From the NCBI GenBank assembly GCA_017499595.2, contig CM039007.1:1736001-1800000 (forward strand): a DNA stretch of 64,000 nt. Reading direction: 5' to 3'. The notes beneath the pieces are model-generated. The model worked only from the letters and a program-made list of their open reading frames with translations, did no database searches and was not told where the DNA came from. The translations under genes and the position numbers were made by a program. Origin of the DNA: Psilocybe cubensis (Eukaryota). Shown piece after piece: positions 37,555-47,574 of this stretch (positions are counted from its first letter, which is position 1; each line of letters begins with the position of its first letter).

Positions 37555-38882
37555 TGAGCCTTGCTGGTTGGTTGTAGCCTCGAGTTTGATCACAACCAGG
37601 TTTTTAAATTGTTTGTTCTCAAGGTTCTAACCAAATAACTACTTTCTCGATGCGTGAATGTAAACACCATATTTACCAAACCATGCTGGCAATAACACAG
37701 AAAAGATGCATGCTCATTCTGCAAATACGTGCCTCATGTATACACAAACCCCAATTCTTCCGCTCGATATCTAATTCTCCCTATGTCTGTACGCACGTCT
37801 GGAAGGGAATTTAAAGCCACCAGTCTACCGAACCCCGTCGTTCCTAAATTTCCCTAGAAAGTCATCCTCTCTGATAGTACTTCATTTATACATTGGACAA
37901 CTTCACCAAAATCTTTACCGCGTTTGACACGAGATATAACCAACAACCCCCTTCGGAACACAGGAAACCCCAACGATCGATCGCTCGAAGACGAGAACAA
38001 CTCCATCGGACGCATGGGCAGGTTCAGTAGGAGGTTTGAAGTTCTTGGGTCCGATTTGGATGATTCGGCTTGGATGGAAGAAATGTCAACCGTAATGAAG
38101 CGTGAGGTTCTTATTGAAAAGGAGAAACCCAAGCCAAAGTCGAAAAAGTAGACGACGCGGTACGCCCTTACCAACACAAATAAGACAATCACCTTGACAT
38201 TTTGCTCTTGGTCTATATTATCCATTCACCTAATGCAACATGTCGTGTTTCACAATGCTATCGGTTACCCTGTCAGAATCTCATTAAACACATTAGGACA
38301 TTCAATTGCAGGTTTTAACTGCACTCTTTCCGGAGGTACTTGGTTGAAAATGCTAAATGAACCATATCTCATGCCTCATTCAGAAATCCATCGTGAGGTT
38401 TCTGCTGTCATTTTCATTGGTCATTGGTGTCGTCATTACTGTAGGGCAAAATAGGGTCAGTGGTCATTTACACTACTTGACGTCGATCCAAAGTGCTCAA
38501 TTAGCGCTGTTATTTCATTGACCATGTTCACCAGTAGATGTTCAATCGCGATACATATCTACTCCACACTTGATTTCTGCAATGCTTCAACCAATTTCAG
38601 GTTCATGGTTGCCCCGACGATGGCAATTGCTTGGTGCTATCTGTATGCTACTCACACCTTGAAAATACAACGTTGACCTCACATGCACCCAGTCTCATCA
38701 CACATGTAATCGTTCTGGCTTTTGGTAGGAGATACTAACGAGACCAAAAGTACTAAGATTCGTCCGAATGTAAACTTGGTGCTAATACATTCGATGTGAC
38801 AGATATGGCAGTCTGCTTCTACCTCTGGGCGGAAGTACCAACCAAATCAGTTGAACACCTTCGTGGTCACCTCGACTTTAGA

Positions 38883-38890
38883 TATTTAAA
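38883..38890 (+). promoter_or_regulatory. TATA-like box of precursor 3
   Basis: TATTTAAA upstream of the 5'UTR intron 38945-39007, at a position equivalent to precursor 2. Confidence 0.55.
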
Positions 38891-39025
38891 TGAATGGTAT
38901 GCTCTTCAATTTCTTCAGTGAACTCCTCCAAGACCTCACAACAAGTAAGTCTTAGAAACCACTCACCACTTAATTATAAATGTTCTACTAATCAATCGTT
39001 CTCAAAGGTAATCCAGTACAACAAA

Positions 39026-40189
39026 ATGCAATCTTTCGTCAAAGCTGCAGTCGTACTCGCCTTTCTCAGCAGTGGAAGCTTCGCTCTTCCCACTGAAAAC
39101 ACTGCTGAAGCGCAAAAGGAGTCCAAGTTTTGGTACCCAGTTTCCGCTCCCTCTCGAGGGTCAGTGACGGCGACGGGCGCTAATGGCGGATATAACTACT
39201 ACGGCAACGGTGCCAATGGGGGTTATATCGGGGTCGGTGGAATGCCAGGCGCCGATGTATATGCGAACGGTGCCAATGGTGGTGAAAACGGCTATGGAAA
39301 TGGTGCCAACGGAGGAAGCATCTCGGTCAACAGACGCGAGGAAGATTTCTTCTTCCCAATCTGGCGCCCTGTAGAACCTGCTAATGGCCCTATTTCTGCA
39401 AGCGGTGCGAATGGGGGTTACAACTACGGTGGCAACGGCGCCAACGGAGGAAGCATATCCATCAACAGGCGCGAGGACGACTTCTTCTTCCCAATCTGGC
39501 GCCCTGCACCTCCTCGCAACGGCGCCATTTCTGCCAGCGGCGCCAATGGCGGTGAAAATTACTACGGTGACGGTGCAAACGGAGGAAGCATCGCGGTCAA
39601 CAGACGCGAGGACGATTTCTTCTTCCCAATCTGGCGCCCTGCGCCTCCTCGCAACGGACCCATTTCCGCCAACGGTGCAAATGGAGGCTACAACTACGGG
39701 GGAGATGGCGCCAATGGCGGCAGTATCTCAATTGCCCAAAGGGACACTGAAAGCAAACAAGAAGAAAATTTCTTTATCCCATTCTTCGGATGGGGTCGAC
39801 CTTCGGCCAACGGTGCGATAACTGCAGAGGGCGCTAATGGTGGAACCAACTACTACGGTGACGGTGCCAACGGAGGAAGCATCGCGGTCAACAGGCGCGA
39901 GGACGATTTCTTCTTCCCAATCTGGCGCCCTGCACCCCCTCGCAACGGCCCTATCTCTGCTAGTGGTGCAAATGGAGGGTTCAACTACAATGGAGACGGC
40001 GCTAATGGCGGGAGTATCGCGATTGGCCAAAGGGACACTGAAAGCAAACAGGAGGGTGATTTCTTCATCCCTTTCTTCGGATGGGGTCGACCTTCGGCCA
40101 ACGGTGCGGTTACTGCTGAGGGCGCTAATGGTGGAACCAACTATTACGGCGACGGCGCTAACGGTGGAAGTATCTCAGTCGGACAGTAA
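39026..40189 (+). CDS. Secreted Kex2-processed repeat precursor 3 (8 GANGG-pair modules, 387 aa)
   Basis: Likely start is MQSFVK at 39026 after the 5'UTR intron. Signal peptide, then units such as EDDFFFPIWRPAPPRNGPISANGANGGYNYGGDGANGGSISI delimited by NRR or QR. Confidence 0.92.
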   Translation: MQSFVKAAVVLAFLSSGSFALPTENTAEAQKESKFWYPVSAPSRGSVTATGANGGYNYYGNGANGGYIGVGGMPGADVYANGANGGENGYGNGANGGSISVNRREEDFFFPIWRPVEPANGPISASGANGGYNYGGNGANGGSISINRREDDFFFPIWRPAPPRNGAISASGANGGENYYGDGANGGSIAVNRREDDFFFPIWRPAPPRNGPISANGANGGYNYGGDGANGGSISIAQRDTESKQEENFFIPFFGWGRPSANGAITAEGANGGTNYYGDGANGGSIAVNRREDDFFFPIWRPAPPRNGPISASGANGGFNYNGDGANGGSIAIGQRDTESKQEGDFFIPFFGWGRPSANGAVTAEGANGGTNYYGDGANGGSISVGQ

Positions 40190-40475
40190 TGAGATGAAAT
40201 GATTCAAGCAATCTGAAGTGCATGGATATTAGAGAATGATGTAGGGTTATGTAAATTCTTTTATGTGATGTAAGGTCTAAAGGAAAAAATCAATATCAAG
40301 CCAAATGTGCTTTAAATGCATGGTCTCTACGGCACATCATCTTGCTGCCTGAATATATTGGAGTAGTAAGCGTATAACACGTCAACATCGAAAATCATTA
40401 CTACAGGATCTGTTAGGTGATTCTCAAACAAGACGAATCGAAGACGTTGACAGGTCCTCCATTGCAACTCTTACT

Positions 40476-43400
40476 TCAAGAAATTTGGAGCCATTGACTC
40501 GCTTCAACAGGTTCGGTGACTGAGTAGGAATTCAAAGTCAGTGACATACAGGATGCACATAAACAGGAGTGATATCCTACCATGGACATTTAGATCGGTC
40601 CTATAGACGGTCATGACCCACTTCTCGTGCTTCATCTTGTCATACCATCCTTGACCAAGTTTCCAAGAAATCTCGCCCTTGTTGAAGTCTACGCTCTCTT
40701 GACTCAACAGAATTTGTACCTGAACATTTAGAAGCTCCTTATGGCCTTCGATGATGGATGAGATATTCTCCTCGAAAAAATCAGCATCAACATGAGACGT
40801 CGGTTTGAAAAACAGGAGGGAAACAATTTTTGAGAAGTTTGAGATAAGCTCTCTCCACATGTAAATCCTGAAATCTCGTTCAAGGTTGAACGGTTTGATT
40901 TTTGATTTAAAGGTCTTGACATCTGGAAGCGTGGGGTAATCTGAAGGCAGAAAGACTGGAAACGGAAGTGCCTGTCTCGTTTCGGCCAACATGACTTGGA
41001 GATCTGCTTGCCAAGCTTTGAGGTGAACCTTTCGAGGTCGGGACATCCGTTTTCTAGCCTCAGAACTCAGAACTGGAGTAGTCCCTTCATAAGGTAGAAC
41101 GTCTGTAATGAGAGTATCTGAGATAACGGACTGTAAGAAATCTCCGATCCAATGGGACGGGAATCCAACGCGGTGTAGGTGCACAAGTACGTTCAGGTAA
41201 GAACCGAGATTGGCTGGGAGATAGATACGCATGGGTGCGTGCACTGGCCTAGCGTTACAGAGTATACATAAAAGCAAATGAGCCAACCAGGCATGGAGTT
41301 CTTGTTTGGAGGCCAATTCATCCAATTTACGAGGAAGAGGGAGATTCTGCAGTGCGATGTCGTCAAAGATAAAACGAGAGGGATTTAAAATAGCGCAACC
41401 GAGGAAGCGCGGCAGGTCTTGCGCATTTAAAAGTGTATAGCTATGGGTTACCAGTGGATTTAGTCCCATGAATACTAGAAAATTATCAACCTTACTTGTA
41501 ACAAAAGTCGCCAATCGAAGTGAAAGCGCCGGGATTGACCATGCAATTCGACATTACTAACTCATTGGTTTCAACATACGGTACCAAATGTACTGCAGTG
41601 TTCAAAACTCCGTGTGTGTAATCCCTGTTACCACGCAAAAGCATGAATCTATGAGTCTTTCAATAGGACTAAGATAGACGTACGGGACATTGCTTAAAAA
41701 CATGCGCGAGTAGCATTGTGGAAAATCGTTTGGGCGAACGCCCAGATCCCCGTTCAGAAGCTTTGGCAGGCCTGTTATCACGTCTCCAACGATGATTTCT
41801 ACTTTAATTGCTCCCTCTAATTCCAACATTGCGTCGGCGACGAGGTCAAAAAATCCGCTTGAAGCGACAAATCCACAGCAGCCATTCGACGAAGGTGTGT
41901 GAGTCCCTTTAATCTCCTTGGTAAAATTGGCCAATGACGGCAAGATCTCGTAGGGGTGAGAGGGTTCCTGTGGGTAACCATCTTCAAACCCGCGATTTGG
42001 GCTTCCGGTCCTGCGGTCCTAGAAAATCATGACTCCAGTCATCATCATCAGGGAAGAAAATGGTACTCACAAACATGGTAGGATTTGGGATCCAAGTCTG
42101 TTCCACTTCAACTTGAGCTGCCCTAAACTGTGTCTTTTTAGCTCCACGGAATCCTTTGACGAGTTTGTCTAATGCAGTATGCCGCGATAGCAACGTTTTG
42201 GGAGGAAGAAGAATTGCGACCCGATCATAAATGTCCAACTCGGCATCAGGATCTGTGTAAATATCCGCCTTTGAAGCTTTATTTCCGGCAAGTAACTTCT
42301 TCATCGGGTCCAGCGGTACCTCGCTTCTCATTCTGTGGAACAATTTCTCTCTTGTGGGATTTCTCTGCAGCATCAGTGCGGTGGACTTTTTGAGGGGTGA
42401 GGACCACATCTGGAGGATATCAACGACAGCGGAGATGCTCCCTGGATTCAGGTAAAGACCTAGACATTTCAATAGGTTTCCCGTCCCTCCTTTTAAATCT
42501 TCTACGAGAGATTTGCAAGTGTCCATAATTCTGCAACGACGACATGAGCCGAATGTACAATGAGGATAGGAGTACAAAATCACATCTGACTCACATTTGA
42601 CAGCAATAATCAGGCATAATAATTGATATATAGAGATAAAGTAGTGTTGAATGGAGCTCGTCCACGCTGGTTTGGTCGTTCTTGGTACGTGCCACTAATA
42701 TTTTGTCGAGTAAAGCAAAAATAACGATGACTCTAGCAAGTGTAGCAGGGTGGATGTCAACGAGCGTCATATGAACGGAAAGTCGGTCTGTTTCATTCTT
42801 CCGTCGCAGTTTTTTGGCCATATCACCAAGGTGAATCATAGTCCCGAAGACATGGCGTCCTACATATGTGTAAAATTAGAAAGAAGTAATCAAACGAATA
42901 AATGTTATAAAAAAACAGTACGAAAACGGACGACTGACCATCACCAGAACCTCCGAAGAGGAACGTCCAACGGCGCTGATGTGCATATTTAGCTGTGTCA
43001 AGACAGTATGGATCATCTGAAGATCCGTTCAGTCCGTTCATCAAAGATCGGACAGCATCATGGCCGATCTACCAGGAAATGAACGAGTTAATCAAAAGGA
43101 GGCAGTGAGGTCAAAGACTTACTCTAAAGTACTCCATTGTTGGATCACTAAAGATGTAAAGAGTATTTACTTAGTAGCGAAAACAGGAAAGAAAAGCAAA
43201 AAAATTCAAGCTTACGGGGACAATTTAAGTATTGGGATCGCCCTCAGACGCATTGCAGCCGATGCATTGAGCCGATTGCACTCCTCAGCTGTATGCGTCG
43301 CACAAGAGTCTCTGAGACCTCGCCACTGGCTCCAAGCTGCATTCAAATCTTTAATCTTAGCATCACCACCTTCTTCCCTCTTCAAAGCCGCAAAATGGTC

Positions 43401-43899
43401 AATGTCCACATCCATATCTGCGTCTGGACCCGACAGATGAACGTCGTGCAGCGACGAGACCTTGCAGGCGACGGCGTTCGTGCTGGCCTTTGCGAAACGC
43501 GTCGCGAGTTTCATGGCCATCGGATCCGACGCGATGGGTGTAGATGGCTTCCCATCTATCGGATTTTGTGCCCTCAGGCGCGTCCAGGACTCGCGAATGG
43601 CCGCGATGGATTCTTGGTACTGGCCGAGTTCATACAGCACGGCGCTTAGATTGGATGGATATTTCGGTTCGTTGAGCCCTTTTCTCGTCGCCTTCACGTA
43701 CATGTAAGTATCATCATGGCATAATATCAGTATCTGTACAACTCTGACCTCTTGATAGCATCGTTTGGCGCTAAAAAAACACGGAAAACGAAAACAGTTG
43801 TACTTTCAAGCCTATCGATGCATGCTAAAACAGAACTTACTCGAAATGTTTCCCAGCCTTGTAATGTTTACTCCCTTCTTCATTGGCTAATTCAGCCAT
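40476..43899 (-). CDS. TPR + DUF4470 domain protein (multi-exon)
   Basis: N-terminal TPR (NEEGSKHYKAGKH...PKYPSNLSAVLYELGQY). DUF4470-type motifs GHDAVRSL, FLFGGSGDGRHVFGT, LVDIHPATLAR, RMFLSNVPDYT. C-terminal GFPSHW. Confidence 0.75.
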
Positions 43900-45427
43900 A
43901 CTCTAACTGAGAAATAGGCGTCGAAGGAAGGAAGAAAAAAAGACCTATAGTCTTTTTGAACCTGATTGCATTTTTACATAAAAGAAGGCCAACTTTTTAA
44001 CACGATGCCCCCCCTGACGGAGTTCTATTATGGTGTACATCACGTGGTGTATTTCACGCGTCGCGCCTCTACCTGTCAAAGGTAGACGCGTCAGTCTGGC
44101 GGAGTATGACAAAAGTCCGTGTAACTGCGCAAAATTAACCATTTTTTGGAAGCTCTTTATATAAAAATATCAGGTATAAAGAAAGCTGCGCCATCACGAA
44201 ATTCTCTTAACATTTAAAGCCTGGCATAATTGCGCGACGAAGGACGATGGCCGCTATACTTAGTCACATCCTGAAGCTGAATTTTCGCAGGGAGAATGTC
44301 CAGTAAAGTCGCTAATAGAGAGGCTTGGAGCAGGAATCATTTGATACATCAGCGGCAGAAATGTAGGGAGCAAATAGGCTTGTTTGCAGTTTTGATGAAT
44401 TTGAATGATGCTAATGCATCAATAATTTTTTTAGAATTATGTACAAGGGAACCGAATTGCTTTCGATCCAAAGCTATGCGTGTGTGTGTGCAACCAAAAT
44501 GTCCTGGTGTCCTGGCGAAGCGAAGAACGATTAATTTGCTATGCCAGTACCTGGCATGCTCTAGGTAGAATCTTGCCGCATCACAAACGTCGGCAGGTCT
44601 TGCTGGTAAGTTCGCACGGGGTGACGATCAAAACACTGGTGGATCACGTGTGCTTAAGCATTTTGGGTCCCCACCAGTACAAAGGGGAGCAAGCTCCCCA
44701 ATAATCGGATGGCATGGCATATCAAAGATATCCATACAGTGGACATGGCACATTGCATGCAACAGTGATCCTATATCGCTGAGTTCTCAGGTATTGCGTT
44801 GGACAGGAAGTTCTAGAGGCCGTGCTTTGTCACTGCAAAACTAATGAGCTATGATTCCTCAGGGCGCACCAAGCCGTTCACCGAGTCACCGACGGAGACA
44901 ACAACAATTTGCACCGCCACTGATAGTGATAGCGAAGCACATATCTCCTTCAATCACCGACAGAACCACGGATCGAACAATGATGGTAAGAATGTCGGGA
45001 TATCAATTCCATCATTCCATAGAGTCCGGCGTCCGTTCAATCAACATAGTCACCTGGATTACAACACAAGCCTAACGCCGACATACATGTCGGAATCTCA
45101 TACGAACAGTACATCAAACTGGCAAAAAAAGAAGAAAAAAAGGAACCCGAATGTAGAGCGATATAATTATTATACAATCGTACACACAAACAGAAGAGAA
45201 AAGAGTGACCAAAGAGCAAGGGGGGTAAGTGTAAGAATAAAAAAGAGAAGTAAGAACCACAATATTGTCAACGAGTATATGACGCGAAAGTCGAAGATGT
45301 ACGCGTATGAGGGGGGTTTATAGGTGACATTGAAGCGAAAGGTTAAAGGAATCACGAAGGTGCACGCGATAAAGAAGAGAACGCTACGTGCACGCGGTGA
45401 CATTATTTGGCTAGACGAAAGTATCCT

Positions 45428-46159
45428 TTACTCTTCGTCGTCGTCGTCATCACCGCTTCCTTTCTGTTTGTTCTAATAAAAAGGAAAGAATGTGAGCACA
45501 TGTATGGACCTAAGGGTGATGAATACGAACATCGTAAGCGGCCTTTTCATCATCAGCTCTCTCCTTATCACGAGCTGCCTGGTCAATGTATGGCTGAGAG
45601 CAGAGTCAGTACAGTGAGATAAGCGCAAAGATAAACAGAACAACAGACCTTCTTCTCGGCGTCATCGAGCTCCTTCCACTTGGCTCCTAGAAGCTTGCCA
45701 ACCTCGCCTATATAAGCAGGCACAGTAAGCGCATGTTCAACTTGAACCAAACAAGACGTCACATACCGAAACCAGCATCTGGGTTCTCAGACTTGATTCT
45801 CTCGCGCCAGTCCTGGCTGAAGAACATGTACGCTGAGAGAGCACGCTTCGGTGCCTTGGGGTCCTTCTTGGTCTTGCGCGAAGGCTTCTCCGCCTTCTCT
45901 GCGGCCTTGCGCTACGAAAGAGGGTGTTTGGTCAGCATACATACGTGAGACATTGCTTGACGACGTCAACGACGACGACGGCGCATATACGCATGCGAAC
46001 CACACGCCCCGAAAGCGCAGAGTAGATATGAGGTGCGCATATGCGCATACAAGGCACCAGGCGTGCCGAATGGGCAGGCCCGGATACCTCCCCTCAAGCC
46101 CTGACGTGTAAAATTGAACCAGGAGCACTCACTTTGGGTTTGGTGGCTTCCTTGGGCAT
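45428..46159 (-). CDS. NHP6: Non-histone chromosomal HMG-box protein Nhp6 (5 exons)
   Basis: MPKEATKPK / [35 protein letters not shown] / [19 protein letters not shown] / [13 protein letters not shown] / acidic tail. Canonical splice sites. Confidence 0.95.
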
Positions 46160-47574
46160 CTAGATGGGCGGCGACACGTTAGAATGCATTTTACGAGCAG
46201 ATTTGAGGGAAAGATGAGGCAAAAGTAGTGAAAAGGGAGATCGGTGCATGTTTTGGATGGTTGAAGATGACAACGACGAGCAGAGAGTCGTGAGAAGGGC
46301 AAACAGCGCGTAAATGTACTTGTTTTGTAGGTGACGATGAGCTGAGAGGCCCGTTGAAGAGAAGGCGCGACGCGCCATTAGGGGTCGGGCCAAACAAACA
46401 AAGCGTAGTTGGCGTACAGCACAGGTGCGGCGAGTGCTGTCGACAGCGATGGAAGGGGTTGGACGACGACGACGGGGAAAAGAAGGTGGATATATGCGCT
46501 ACAATGTGCGCGCAGAAGAGGGAATAATAAAGCGCAAAATAAAGAAACTCACTGTTATGTGTTGAAAAATAAGAAATATGTGGGAGGGAGTGCTGCACTG
46601 ATACTGCGCTGGCTGGCTGGCTGGGCTAAGGCTGGGGAAACAACACTGAGCTGCCCCTCAGTACAAGAGCATATCAGGTGTGAATTTTCCCGGCAAGTTC
46701 CGTGTGCACGGACAACAATCAACAAGCGGCCCGTGACCGGCCGCCATCATTCCACCCGAGTCCTGCCTTGTGTTTCTCTTGTTTTCCAGCTTGTCCATAT
46801 TCGCTCGAATGCTGCGTGTTTCACGACTCTGTGCTAGCCTGCCTGCAAGCCCTCCGCTGCTCAGAGATTAGGCAAAATAATGCTGGGCCACTGCTTCAAC
46901 GCCCTGTCAGCTTGTCATCGGCTCCTTAAGCCCTCTACCCAGGCCGCTATTAATAAGCCCACCATTCAAATCCTGACACGGCTCCATCCTCTGCACCCAA
47001 CAAAGCAGACAAACCAGTCTCCATACCAAACATGGTCTCATTTTTCGTCTCGGCGAAACCACATCATTCTCTTATCTTTAGCGCCCGCATTTGTCCTCCA
47101 ACTAGAGTAGTTTTGCGTCAGCAAATAACCCTGCCAACTGGCATGACCCACGAATGCCTGGGGCTAATGTATCACCCCTTGCATTTCCCAACAAATGTCG
47201 CGTAAATCCCATCATGAAACCAGTACTTCAAACACTCTGACTGCATCCACACAGTCTCCTGCACTGGAGATCAGTAGGGATCAGCAGTGCACATCCAGTG
47301 CCGAGATATAAATAGTACCCCATCAGGCTTCGAAAGCCAACGCAGTACGCCACGAGGTCATCCCGCTCACTGTCATTACCCGATCCCGAAACGGCATTCA
47401 GACCGTGAGGACCGACAAACAAGGCGGCCCGCTGGAGTTTGCCGGCTGTTGTCTTCAACGTTCTCTACACCGACGACAAGTAGATTATACAAATGATAAA
47501 AGATACAACACTACCGTACAAAGTTACACTAGGTGGCCAGTGAAAATGGATGGACATAGATATGGCGAAAAATA

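Noticed and set aside
38894-39025. 44-aa N-terminal extension of precursor 3 in the ORF track
   Set aside because: It spans a GTAAGT...AAG 5'UTR intron conserved in the paralogs. The signal peptide begins at 39026.
35149-40186. Regularly spaced DNA repeats resembling a CRISPR array
   Set aside because: Eukaryotic context; the repeats are in-frame coding units with synonymous variation.
35056-40189. Precursors as MSDIN, borosin or dikaritin RiPPs because of the Phe/Pro/Trp-rich cores
   Set aside because: No MSDIN leader, no fused methyltransferase, and no DUF3328 or prolyl oligopeptidase gene is visible in the window. Only the generic KEP architecture is supported.
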